From Octopus vulgaris (lineage: Eukaryota): 64,000 nt of DNA. Within the stretch, counting starts at the first letter, position 1; every line of letters starts with the position of its first letter. The stretch spans positions 124,744,001-124,808,000 of the forward strand of contig OX597818.1 of the NCBI GenBank assembly GCA_951406725.2, read 5' to 3'. The position numbers and the translations under genes were made by a program. This document shows positions 1-12,036 of the stretch, piece by piece. The notes under the pieces were generated by a model that saw only the letters and a list, made by a program, of their open reading frames with translations, did no database searches and was not told the origin of the DNA.

Positions 1-173
1 ACACAGCCACTCCTGCGCCTATTTGTACTTTCATATGTTTTTTCATTCTAGCATGGGCTTCAGGAGTTCTCAACCATTTTTATTCTTGTAGTGTGAACTC
101 ATTTGTTGCCAACAGAGATAATTGCTTTCTGATCTTTCTCCACCGATTCTCCCAGAATACTCAGCAATTAGAT

Positions 174-469
174 CAGGATTTCCCAACCATTTTTTATCCA
201 TGGAACCTCTCTGATTGCTATTTTATTCTGCTGGACCACATTGCCTTTCAATGTTTAAAAACTAGTTTTATAGAATGTTATTTATTAATGTTTTCACACA
301 TTAATTTGTGGAGGTTGAACTGTGTAAACTGCTAGAGAAAAGAAACCTGTTTCTTGCAATACATACCAATACATACATCTAAAGCAAATTCTTTTCAGGG
401 CACCTTAAAATACTACTGTGGATCCCCAATTTACTATTTTCTTGTATGGACCCTGGTTGAGAAGCACTG
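174..469. mobile_element. Degenerate hAT-like MITE
   Basis: Ends caggatttcccaacc ... ggttgagaagcactg, resembling CAGTGGTTCTCAACC-type hAT termini. A related partial copy lies at about 59980-60175 (shared aaatactactgtggatccccaatttacta). Confidence 0.5.
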
Positions 470-979
470 GGTTAGATGAATGTATGTTATTAAGACATTG
501 TCTTTGCTGCTAGATGTTCTTCCTGTTGCTAACCATAAATTATTTTTCAGATAAGGGGGGTGGGGTTTCTTTCTACTCATCTTCGAAAGTACAATGCTAC
601 AAGATGATTTGTTGACTGACAAATATCCACAAATATCACCATCTGTAGTTCAGCAATTTTTTTTTTTACTGCACTTATTCTAAACATTCACATACACACA
701 GTTATGTGATGCATGCAGTCATACACTTAGATGATGCTTTGTACAATTTCCATATAATATAGAAAGGGTAATGATTGGGTGTATTGAGTACAGGATAGTG
801 TGGGGTGAGTGAATACATGTAGTTACTGTGCCATCCCTCTTTTTACAGGTGGCATGGACCAGTTACATTTTACAGATGACATGGAGGGTGAGTGATTTTC
901 AGAGAAACAGGAGGATCAAGCATGTCTGATGGCATACCTACACAGACAGCATGGTACAATGAATAGGGGAGATTGAATA

Positions 980-1209
980 GGTGGCGAGCTGGCAGAAACA
1001 TTAGCACGCCAGGCGAGATGCGTAGCCGTATTTCGTCTGCCGTTACGTTCTGAGTTCAAGTTCCGCCGAGGTCGACTTTGCCTTTCATACTTCGGGGTTG
1101 ATAAATTAAGTACCAGTTACACACTGGGGTCGATGTAATCGACTTAATCCCTTTGTCTGTCCTTGTTCGTCCCCTCTATGTTTAGCCCCTTGTGGGTAAT
1201 AAAGAAACA
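980..1209 (+). mobile_element. tRNA-headed SINE, family A, tail type 1
   Basis: Head ggcgagctggcagaa..gagttcaa (A/B-box-like); central gcctttcatcctttcggggtcgataaattaagtacc; 16-bp TSD gaataggggagattga (961-976 and 1210-1225). Other copies at about 20990-21230(-), 24876-25111(-), 30262-30720(+), 31698-31920(+), 49242-49470(+), 51545-51773(-) and 56506-56738(-). Confidence 0.9.
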
Positions 1210-1341
1210 GAATAGGGGAGATTGAGTGTTATCTAATATAATGAACAAAAGAGGGCAAGTGCTGGAGAGATGAGTTTAAATGTGTTAAAATGGCTAAACT
1301 ATCAGAAACAGGATTTACTGCCAGAATTATTTCTCAGTAGA

Positions 1342-1899
1342 AGGCGCATGGTTAGAGTGTTGGGCTCACAATCATGAGGTAGCACGTTCAGTTCCCAGAC
1401 AGTGTTGTATGTTGTGTTCTTGAGCAAGGCACTTTATTTCACGTTGCTCCTGCTCACTCAGCTGTAGAAATGAGTTGTGATGTCACTGATGCCAAGCTCA
1501 TCGGTCTTTGCTTTTTCCTTGGATAACATTGGTGGTGTGGAAGGTGGTAAGCTGGCAGAAACGTTAGCATGCCAGGTGAAATGCATAGCAGTATTTCATC
1601 TGTCTTTTATGTTCTGCGTTCAAATTCCGCCAAAGTCGACTTTGCCTTTCACCCTTTTGGGGTTGATAAATTAAGTACCATTTGCATACTGGGGTCGATG
1701 TAATTGACTGCCTCCCTCCCCCAAAATTTCAGGCCTTGTGCCTTGAGTAGAAAAGAATATTGGTGGTGTGGAGAGGGGAGATTGGCATGCATGGGAGACT
1801 GGTCTTTCATAAACAACCTTGCCCAGACTTGTGCCTCGAAGAGGAACTTTCTAGGTGCAATCCCATGATCATTGATGACCAAAGAGGGTCTTTACCCTT
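1342..1899 (+). mobile_element. tRNA-headed CORE-like SINE (family E) interrupted by a family A (tail type 2) SINE at about 1542-1758
   Basis: The two halves join into the uninterrupted copy seen at about 60461-60797(-). The insert is flanked by the 14-bp TSD attggtggtgtgga (1528-1541 and 1759-1772). Confidence 0.85.
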
Positions 1900-2178
1900 T
1901 ATCTTATTATACAGTACTGACAGTAGTAGCTATTATACAATACTGTCTGTGGCTATAGATTACAAAACTATTAACCTTTTGAGGACTAGTAAAAGAGCAT
2001 TATAGTATGCTGCCTTCAGCTGTGAACTATTTTTGACATCATTAATAAAATGCAATTTATTATACATAATTCATGTTAATGCATAAAGTCTTTAATTGTG
2101 GTTCGTTTTTAACTCTTTGCCAACAGGATTCAACAAAACCAATGCATAAATTCTTGGTGTCTCTGTTTTTGTTCACAG

Positions 2179-2306
2179 GTGCGAAGATGATGCAGAAACC
2201 ATTGTGAAGACTTTGAATGACTCTTGGGTTGTAGGGAAAAAATCTGACCATCGAGAATTCTATGTGGTTATTAACCAGAAAAATGCCAATCTCATTGAAA
2301 TCAATG
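2179..2306 (+). CDS. CCZ1: Penultimate coding exon of vacuolar fusion protein CCZ1 (Mon1-Ccz1 Rab7 GEF subunit)
   Basis: Polypyrimidine tract plus cag acceptor (2177-2178) and gtatgt donor (2307). Translates (phase 2 in) CEDDAETIVKTLNDSWVVGKKSDHREFYVVINQKNANLIEIN, matching the recalled metazoan CCZ1 C-terminus (..IIVKAMSDYWVVGKKSDRRELYVILNQKNANLIEVN..). Confidence 0.95.
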
Positions 2307-3201
2307 GTATGTTCTAGATATTGTGTTTGTTTGGTAATTCACTCTTGTAAAACTGGTTCTTTGTATTGTATATCCATTTTTTTTTATTCCATGTCAACAT
2401 GAATAGTTTTGGGATGAAGTGGCTAGCAGGGGGCAGAGGAAAAAGGGAAGAGATTTGTAAAATTGAACAGTTGTATATTTTTATAGCTGGCTGCTCTTTC
2501 TGCTGTTAACTACTCAACCATGAAATAGCATTGCAATTTGTTTGTCAGCCAAGCAAGTTGAAGCAAACACAGTTATATGTTGTCCAAGGGTATAACACCA
2601 TTCCACAATATGAATTATGATCAAAGTTTGTGTTATTAATGCCTTTTTCTTTTTTAAATTTAAAACAGATAATAAAAAAAACTGTAGTATTTTCATTTAT
2701 TGAAATCAGAAGGAAGAATTAAATATAAAAACATAAAACTGAAAATTGATAATTTATGCATGAAATGAAATGCAAGTGGAAATACTTTATTTAAATTTAT
2801 TTTCATTTTAAGTTTTACCCTAACCATCATCATTATTGCAACAGTTCTTCTTTTCAAACATAATTTTTTTTTTTCTTTTTCATTTTTCTCTGATGAGTTT
2901 GGCTTGTTTTTTGTTGTTTTTTTGAAGTAATAAGAATATTATATGAAATTGAATTTCAGCTCACATCTCAAGCTACTATACCATGCACAGTGTGTATGTG
3001 GAATAGTATTTCAAAATGTTGGACTTAGGATTAAGTTGTGGGTTTGATAACTGGATATATATATATATATATTATATTAAATTAGAGATAAAACCACTAT
3101 TAGGCAAATCATACAATGAAAAACTTAAGCCAATACATAAGATTATTTAATTTATATTATTTAAATATATAACAAAATTATTAAAAAAATATAATTAATA
3201 T

Positions 3202-3270
3202 AACACTACGATCATTTCATGGCTGTTAATTTCTTTAAATTTTCGAGTTACAGTCATTCATCAGGTGGTT
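3202..3270 (-). ncRNA. Type I hammerhead ribozyme motif
   Basis: Minus strand reads cac-CUGAUGA-AUGACUGU..ACAGCCAU-GAAAU-gauc-GUA-gug. It lies in a (TA)n-flanked element (about 3073-3794) that also holds an inverted repeat at 3298-3671. Confidence 0.7.
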
Positions 3271-3820
3271 TAAATATTTAACTTGGCGAGGTTTATTGGC
3301 ATTAAATAAACCAACCACTCTGCAGTGCTTTTTGAAGTTAGGAAATTCGATAAGCTTAAGATTTCTGTACAACTCCTGCAAACACGAACAGTGTGGAAGA
3401 CATGGGAATGGAAAAATTAAAGCTAATTAAGATATCCTCAACCTGCTGAGTACCCACCATTGGGTAATTATTACATCAGAGGATCTGCTAGCTAGGAAAC
3501 ATATGCAGCCTGCATTTTGCTTGTTCCAATCCCTTAATTTGCATTTATAGTCGCATTCATAGCAACTCTAGTTGCTAACAGTGAGCTATACAGAAATCTT
3601 AAGCTTATCGAATTTCCTAACTTCAAAAAGAACTGAGTCCACCCTGCAGAGTGGTTGGTTTATTTAATGCCTATAAAATGTTTATTGTTCCTGAACATAC
3701 ACAGTCCACTTTTTGTTTTCTGTACCTGCTACAGACTGCTTGAGGCTTACAAACTTCCTACACTTGGAACCCTGGGTTGTACCCTTGCATATCGATATAT
3801 ATATATATATACATATATGT

Positions 3821-4119
3821 GGTGGCGCAATGGCCTAGTGGTTAGGGCAGCGGACTCGCGGTCGTAGGATCGCGGTTTCAATTCCTAGACCGGGCGTTGT
3901 GAGTGTTTATTGAGCAAAAACACCTAAAAGCTCCACGAGGCTCCAGCAGGGGGTGGTGATCCCTGCTGCACTCTTTCACCACAACTTTCTCTCACTCTTT
4001 CTTCTGTTGGCCTGCTCGCTTAGCCAGTGGGGTGGCATCATTTGAAGGCTAAAACAATGCGAACGCATTGTGACCAGCGATGTGTAACTACATCTGATAG
4101 CCTGGTCGATCATGGTGAT
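3821..4119 (+). mobile_element. OR2-like tRNA(Arg)-derived SINE
   Basis: Head ggcgcaatggcctagtggttagggcagcggactcgcggtc is shared with the OR1-like copies but the 3' tail is different and shorter. Flanked by (TA)n. A second copy is at 32232-32510(+). The family name is recalled from the octopus SINE literature. Confidence 0.8.
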
Positions 4120-4479
4120 ATATACATATATATATCATCATCATCATCATTTAACGTCCATCTTCCATGCATGCATGGGTAGGACGGTTGACAGAAGCCG
4201 GCCAGGTAAAAGACTACCCCAGGTTACTCTGTCTGTTTTTGCAGCTGAATGTCCTTCCTAACACCAACCACTCTGCAGAGTGGACTCAGTGCTTTTTACA
4301 TTGCACTAGCATAGGCAAGGCTAGTTTTGGCATGATTTTTTTCATTGGATGCCCTTCCAAATGCCAACCACTTTGCAGTGTGGACTGATTGCTTATTGCA
4401 GCACCAGCTCTGGAAGGGTCACCAAGTAACTTGCAAGACAAGGAATTTTGAGAGGGCTGGGGGCATTTGAGGAGGGGAT

Positions 4480-5478
4480 CTTGTGTCAGATGATGAAAGT
4501 GACAAACGATAGTCTAGAGGAGGAAGGTATAGAAACTGAAACCATTCTCAGTTAAGCATAGAGAGGTTCTAGATGTTGTGCACGATGATGAGGAAACAGA
4601 GGGCTTTTACAACTAGAGAGCATGAGCTTGGACAGCTAGGTATTACTTCTATAACATAGTGAAGATGGAAAGTTAATCACAATGATAGATAGTAGCGTGT
4701 CATGTAAATTAAAATGTTGGAGAAAAGTGTGTTCAAAATGTCAATGTCAAATTTACTGATGCTGAGGGGTGAAAAGAGGCTTGGAAATATTACAAGAGGT
4801 CATTGAAAGTAGGAAATGTGTAGTAGAAAGCAGGACTAATCCAAGTGGACCTGACAACTATTGAAATGACCACTAAGCAGACAAATTTGCCAGGCTGGCA
4901 GGGATAATTGTTGAGCTGTTGAAATTACCTGATGAAGTGAGACTTGAGAGAATCACATAGTTATCTCAATACAGGGAGCTATCATACCCCTATTAGTGGG
5001 TAGCAGAATCAACTGCTACAAATAGAAAGGAGATGCTCCAGAGGGAAGTAACTACAAAGGTATCAAACTGTTGGACCCAGTTAGAAAAATAAGAGAAAGA
5101 ATCTTGGCACAGCTGATTAAGACCAGAATCAGCTTAGATGAGATGCAGTTCTGATTTGTGCTTTGTCAAGTTATTACTGATGCTCTCTTCTTAGTGAAAC
5201 AATTGCAAGAGAAGTTTGCAACTAAGAGGAAGTCTCTCTACATAGCATTTGTTGGTGTTGAAAAGGCCTTTGACATGTACCACTCTCTGTAGCCTAGTAG
5301 TCTCCATAAAAACTAGATATAGATGAATGGTTGGTGAGAGCAGTGCAAGCCATGTAGGTGTACCATCAGTAAGTTACAGTTGGCAATAAGCTCAGTGATG
5401 TATTTAGTGTGAAGGTAGGTGTTCCTCAAAACTTATTTTAGTCCCTCCTGTTATTGTTCTCCAAGCCATAACAGGAGT
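4480..5478 (+). pseudogene. Decayed RTE-clade LINE reverse transcriptase fragment
   Basis: Interrupted translation KGDAPEGSNYKGIKLLD..ISLDEMQF..TDALFLVKQLQEKF..LYIAFVGVEKAFD..DEWLVRAVQAM..FSVKVGV, with several stops and frameshifts. A smaller similar fragment lies at about 60195-60350. Confidence 0.85.
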
Positions 5479-5667
5479 AATAACTTTATTTTTATCATCA
5501 TTTTATATTCTCAGTTCTATGTTAGCATGAGTTGGATTTATTATAGTCCAAGTTACTGTCCTCCTAGATGGATTAAGGACCATTTCTCACTTGTACTTTC
5601 CATTTTTGACATGGTTTCTATTCCTGGATGCACTTCTACCTTTGACCATTTCGCAGAATATACTGGG

Positions 5668-5836
5668 TACATTATTTACGTTCAACGGATATTTGTCCTC
5701 ATCTTGTTGTTAACACGAAGAAGGCTGGAGGGGGGGTATATTAGCCGAAACGTTGTGTTAACAACAAACAAGACGAGGATAAATATCCGTCGAATGTAAA
5801 TAATATACAGAATTCCTCATCTCTTAAAATATAGAT
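5668..5836 (+). mobile_element. Short foldback remnant of the hammerhead-bearing family seen at about 18 kb
   Basis: Inverted repeat attatttacgttcaacggatatttgtcctcatcttgttgttaacac / gtgttaacaacaaacaagacgaggataaatatccgtcgaatgtaaataat. Its tail is nearly identical to 18340-18377. It carries a degenerate core ..GAAGA-A-GGCUG..UAGCC-GAAAC-GUU-guguu. Confidence 0.7.
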
Positions 5837-6113
5837 ACTAGGTACATGTTGTGAATAGATGGATTGTTTTGTCCCTGACAAGACTAAAGCATCCTTTTTA
5901 GCTGACATTTTCTCCATTTGCTTACCAACCACTTTTCAGGATGTATAGGTGGAGTTTATTATAGCACTGGCATTAAGAGGTTCTCATGTCCTCTCTACTT
6001 TATGTTTGTCTCTTTTCATTCATTAATTCACCAGTGCTTGCTGTTGTATCATCTCTTGTATGACTAATCAGAGTCTTCTCTTCTCTGCATTGTCTCAGTA
6101 CAACCAAGGTTAA

Positions 6114-6334
6114 CCCTTTCGTTACTGTATTTATTTTGAGATGTTCTATGTTTCTTTCAATTACTTTAAATATAACAAAGAATTTAGTAAAATAATTTAG
6201 TTACCATTCAGCCTGTATTAGGAACATAAATTGTGACTAAGGTTTGGTGGAAGATTTTAATTTAAAACTTATGGAAACAAGACATTTGTACAACAGAGCC
6301 AGAGCCGGTTTCAGCCGGGTTGGTAACGAAAGGG
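6114..6334. mobile_element. TTAA-targeting (piggyBac-type) MITE, 221 bp
   Basis: TIR ccctttcgttac / gtaacgaaaggg with TTAA on both sides. Other copies at 33926-34146 (inverted) and 43707-43927. A sister family occurs at 30391-30611 and 61461-62097. Confidence 0.85.
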
Positions 6335-7034
6335 TTAAAGAGTTGAGAAGAGTAAAAAAAGAAAATGAACTAATGATAAGAACAAGAGTGATAAAAGAGA
6401 GCACAACAGAAAGGAGTGAGGGAGTGGTAAACATTTTTGAAAACAAAAAAGTCATCTTTCCTGTATCATCACAGTGCTGGGCATTTTTCTCAACACACTG
6501 CACACAATGATATCATTAAAAGAGGCATCAATACTGCTGGAACCCCCCAGCACAACTGGAACCAGGTGGCTTCAACTGAAGTTCGTTGTTTGGGGGAGGT
6601 AGCATTCTTTCCTATTCATTGGTGGCAAGTCACTCATCTGGAACACCTCATGTTCTCCAGTGCCAATCTGGTTGCTTCATCCTGATAACTCTCACCTGCA
6701 ATGCAGAGGAGCAAAAGTTGAGTAAATACCAATCATTGACAGATACCTTTTCGTGCTACCAAATAAAAAAAGAGAGCATTTTACACTTGAGGAAGAATTC
6801 CTTTGTAATAGAGTGGCTGGTGCAATGAATATCACTAACTGTTCTTGCAGCAGTGTTTTTGTCCATCTTATCTGCTGGGCATAGCTGAGATGAGTTCTTC
6901 AACAGGGGGTCTGATTTTTCTTTTCTACGTACATGTATCTATTGAGTAAAAAATTATTATTTAAAAATATTGATGTTTTGAAATGGTGAAAATATATTTT
7001 TCGATTTTTAATTTCTCTTGTTTCTTATTTACAG

Positions 7035-7090
7035 AGGAAGTCAAAAAACTATGCAGCACACACTTCAACAGTGTATTTTTCTTGGATTAA
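7035..7090 (+). CDS. CCZ1: Terminal coding exon of CCZ1
   Basis: tttacag acceptor. Splices in frame (G|AG) to give EEVKKLCSTHFNSVFFLD-stop (TAA 7088-7090); human CCZ1 ends, from memory, EEVKKLCATQFNNIFFLD. AATAAA follows at 7091-7096. Confidence 0.95.
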
Positions 7091-7603
7091 AATAAACCAA
7101 CTGTTACTCTCTGCATCAAAATTTGTGAGATATCCTTCTATTTGTTGATCCAGAGAGAAACACAAGTTTACAATTTGGTTTTCCAATACCAAAACAAGCT
7201 GAAATTTTGGCTCCACAACTTCAGTATTTCATTCTAAAAATTTTAAGCACAGTCAACAACAAAACTGGCACAAAATCAAACAGGCGTTCTTAAAAACCAC
7301 TGGAAATTTATGGAGTTCTTGCCATTTTGTCAAGGGCAGCAAACAGAATTTTCAGAAGCACACTCATTTTATATCGACACATATATATACATACATATGT
7401 CTATTGACCAAAATGAAGGTTAGAAGACTCAGGAAAAAATATTTTGATACATTTATCAAAATGTAAGATAGAATTTTGCTATTTTAGGGTGTTGTGGAAA
7501 AGTAAAGCTTGTTCTGTTAAAGAAAAAAAATATGAAGAAAATTTTAACCCAAACAGAACTTCCATTGGAATTCTTATGCAATTTGCACCAGTTGCCCATA
7601 CCA

Positions 7604-7640
<37 letters not shown>

Positions 7641-8073
7641 AAAACGTGAGTTTGTTTTTGAGACACAAATACAAACATGATTAACCACAATGCACGGTAC
7701 AGGTTTTAATCTAATTGTGGGACATGCTGAAGGGAGTCTATACAGATGGTTAAATGAGAGGATAATCTATTATTATGTAACATCTGTGAATCCAGAGACT
7801 GGATGTCTTTTCATAATTAACTTTTTATATGTATCTAATTTACTTGATTGTATGAGCAACTGAAACAGAAACATACTTGAAAAGGCGGCTGTACTTGTAT
7901 GTGTAGAAAGCAGTATCCCTCAGTGAATGTGTGTGTGTATGTAAGTTGTCTAAGAGTCCATAAGTCAGGAAAAATGCACTTATATATTTGTCAATAGAGT
8001 GGGTATATTATCCAAAACGTACAGTATTATATATACATTACAGCCAGTATGGCAATTTCATTCTATATCAGCT

Positions 8074-8156
8074 ACCTCTGATGAGTGCAAGGTTACATCA
8101 TTTGATTATTACCTTACACTCCATTGAATCTCTAGCATGAAACCAATTGGTAAGAT
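8074..8156 (+). ncRNA. Type I hammerhead ribozyme motif in a Penelope-like element remnant
   Basis: CUGAUGA(8078-8084)-GUGC..GCAU-GAAAC-caauug-GUA(8150-8152). Stem III is palindromic (ACCAAUUGGU); stem I is weak. Bracketed by a short inverted repeat (about 8011-8040 versus 8163-8193). Confidence 0.6.
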
Positions 8157-8626
8157 CAGCCATAATGGATATATAATACAGTACACTTCGGATTATTAAA
8201 TTCTTTATTAAAAATATTAATAATAAATATAATAATTATAATAGTAATATTAGTGGTAGTTGTAGTAGTAATAGTAATAATAGTAGTACTTATAATAATA
8301 AAAATAAGATGAAATTTAATTGTAATTCAATAAATTATAATTTTAATTCTGTAAATTATAATTTTAATTTTAATAATATTAAAAAGAAATATAATAATGG
8401 TAATAATAATAATAGAAATATAAATAATAAGAATAAAATTTGGTTATTTGTTCCTAATGGGGCTCGAGTTAAAACTAACATTATTAAAGAGATTTTAAAT
8501 ATTATTGAACAATTCATTCATGATAATCATAAATATTAAAAAAAATTCTCTAGTAATAATTTTGGAGTTGGTCATTCTACTGCTAATAATGTAGGTAACA
8601 TTATTTCTTCTTTTAACAAATTTAAG

Positions 8627-8990
8627 TTGAATAATTTCTATAAAACGAAATTTTATAATCATACCAATAATAATAAAGATAAGGCACTCATAGATTGTAC
8701 ATGTAGCGATAAAACTAAGTGTAAATTTAATGATAAAGGTGATTCAAACGATGTATATAAATCTATAGTTACATTATTTAATGAGAATAATAGGAATAAT
8801 AATAACTTAAATGCCATTTATATAGGGTCCACTTCCTCTAAAATTAAATTAAGAGTAGCACAGCGTATGCATTCCTTTAAAAATAGGAATCTTATGAATT
8901 CTACAAGGTTTAGCAAATACATATGGGGACTAAAATCCCAACAAATTAAGTAAATCTTAAGTGGAAGATAATTTGTAAGGCGAAATCATT
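8627..8990 (+). pseudogene. Penelope-like element GIY-YIG endonuclease remnant
   Basis: ORF contains CTC...CKF...DVYKSIV...IYIGSTSSKIKLRVAQRMHSFKNRNLMNSTRFSKYIWGLK, the Cys-motif plus VY..YIG...K.R..H..SF....T.LS.YIW.LK pattern of PLE endonucleases. Part of it is duplicated at about 8995-9106. Confidence 0.8.
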
Positions 8991-11900
8991 TTATAATAAT
9001 AAAGATAAGGTACTCATAGATTGTGCATGTAGAGATAAAACTAAGTGTAAATTTAATGATAAAGGTGATTTAAACGATGTATATAGATGTATAGTTACAT
9101 TATTTATAGGTAGCAATTATTGTTATTTATATTCTAGTGAATTTAATGAAATATTATTTATTAATCATAATAAATTAGTGAATACATTGGACAAACGTAA
9201 AATTAAATGTAGACACAAATTACTTTACTTATATAATAAATTTTTAGATAAATAGCGACTATATTTAAGCCCTATTTTGTTTCTAATTTGTAGTTATATT
9301 TTGTATTAGTATTAATTCTAAAATTTAGTATGTGATTTATATTGTATATTACATAATTTAATAAGTCTAATTTAATATTATTAAATAAATAAATTAATTA
9401 ATTAATTAATTAATGATAGTAGTGTTGTGTTTGCACTTCTGTAGGTGGTTTGAGTATTAGTCAATAAGAGTTAGTAAAGGTTCTTTAAATACTTATAGTT
9501 AGATTATATTTAGATGTTTATTTTATTACTAAATATATAATTTATTTGATGAATATAGATTAAAAGATAGTTATTTCATTTTTTTGTGGTCGATATTGTT
9601 ATTATTGTTATTACTATGATTATTATATGTCTACTAAAATTTATAGTATTAAGTATATATATCTTTTTTCGTAATAGTTTTAGTAACGTTAAATAAATAA
9701 TTTTGAATGTGTAGTATAATAATTTTTTCTTTATGTAATATTTATTTATTATGATAATATGTACTTTATTTATTCAATTAAAGAACAAAGTATTTGATCT
9801 AAATATAAATTACTTTGTTCTTTAATTGAATAAATAAAGTACATATTATCCCCATATAATAAGTTTATTTATTATTATTTAGCATTTGTTTTGAGTATTA
9901 AAATGATATATAATATATATTTATTATATATGACAGTTAAGTTTATAGTTTGTAATAAATTTTTAAATTAATCAATATATATTTATTATATATTTCGAAG
10001 TAGATTTATTTAGATGTTTATTTAATTAATTAATGAATTTTATTACATTATAGTTTTTAAATTAATTTAGTTTATTAATTAGTGGTTGTAATATAATGTT
10101 TGAATTACTACTGAATTAATATTGAATGTGTCTAAAAATTATTTTATTTAAATAAAGATTTGACTCCAACACAACCATTTTTTATATATATAAAATAAAT
10201 TAATCTGGATAAGATTATTAGAGAATATACAGTAAATGGTAGTTACATAAATTATTTAATTTATAGAGTTTTGAGTATAATTCATAGTAGTTAGTCTGGG
10301 TTGAAAAGAATTGCTCAGCAAACTTTGTTGCATTGGTTTCCAAGTACTTGTCTGACCTTATATCAAATATTCTGTGTAATGTGTTTTATTACAACTCAAA
10401 ATAAATTAGGAATCTGAGGGTTTTAGACAAATCCCTGAACTTCTTTATTATTATACTAGTGTCTAGAATATGATTTAACAAAAGTTTCTTACATAAAATT
10501 ATAAAGCTTACACTTAAATATTAAAATGAATAGTTTTGTATTACAGATTTAGAGAAGGTTCACATCAGTTGCTGTCAAAACAGTAAGGGACGTCTGCAAA
10601 TGATCCCTTGTTGATGGTAGATGGAACGAGGATAAATTGATGTTGAGCCAAGTTCAGTTCTGATTGGGGTGACTTATCAGCATCGTCATGATCATCCTGT
10701 CGTAGATTTTGGGGGGAACTGGGGTTCTTCACATATAGTGTATCTAGGACTTTACTAGTCAGTTTGTCTTTTTTAAAACAGTAGGTGTGATTTTAGTAGT
10801 ATTTAAACTGTTATTTCTAGTAGACTGAACATCCACCTAAAAGCACATCCATTGACTATAAAATAAAAAACATATGGCGGTCGTATCAAAATTATAATAC
10901 ATTTGATATTCTATTTGAACCTTTTTCTGCTCGAGTCTAATCCTTTAAAAAAAACTTTTCTCCGAATGCGGTTACCATATTCAATGAGTGGTCCACGTGA
11001 TAAACTAGTTGTGGTTGAAAAATCTGTTGACATCAGAGCTCCCAAGTATTAAATAAACAATTTTAACATTTTCCATGTATTTAAGAAGAAAAATAAACAT
11101 TTAACAGAAATTTATTCAATAGTGTCGGACATAAGGAAAACATGTTATCCAACACTCACCAGGGACATTAAGATGAACGGTGACGACTGACAGAAAAAAA
11201 AAAACTTTTTATGTATGTATTTCTCGAAATTATTTTGTTTTAATAAAAAAAAGATGAGTAAAATTTTAATAAAAAAAACTGGGCACGAATCTAATGAAGA
11301 TTTCAGTTTGTCTTTTAAAATATCGAATATTTGCAAAACAAACAATGTCTTCCATGTGATTTTCTTCGAAAATGAATGAAAAATACAAAACATATTTGTA
11401 GTATTTATGTTTTCTGTCGCATTTCCTTTAATCAATAGTAAGTGTTAATTTACATTTCTTCCTTTTCTTCGTGCATGATGGAATATTTCGTCTCTTTGAG
11501 CGTACACGCCTTTGAGCCAAAAAAACCCCCAAAAAACCCACATGGACTGTTATAACTAATACGGCTTTTTTCGACGTCGATCTCATCTTCTTCGAAATTT
11601 ACGGATTTTACACACACAAATGAAGCAGGTAAGAACAAATATGCAAGGCTTTTGTGGCACAGCTTAAAAGAGTAGACCCGACGCACGAACTGCATGCACA
11701 CGCGATAGTCAGCACCCGCGATAAAAAAAATCCCTCCGCATGTATAAATGGACTGGGGAGGTGTTTATCTATCCAATAAAACAAACAACCGACTGAATGA
11801 ATGAAAATAAAACAAATTTTGAAATAAAATCTTACTCCAAAGTAGTCATTAAGAAAAGTGAAAATAATGAAATAAAATGGAAAAATGCAAAAAGCAGGTT

Positions 11901-12036
11901 ATGTGAGTACACACAAATATGATTGATTCCTGTCTAGATGTGTTCCTTTGGAGGGAAAAATGGAGATGAATGTTTTCAGAACATTCTAAAACATCTTTCA
12001 GAATGGTTCACTTTTGAATAATGACTACTTTTGAGT

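Noticed and set aside
2888-2900. Isolated CTGATGA (also at about 4929, 32487, 47830, 50850 and 59899)
   Set aside because: No matching stem II, GAAA or stem I could be found; these are chance occurrences.
6237-6510. Overlapping 88-aa ORFs
   Set aside because: They lie largely in a TTAA MITE inside the CCZ1 intron and have no recognisable domain.
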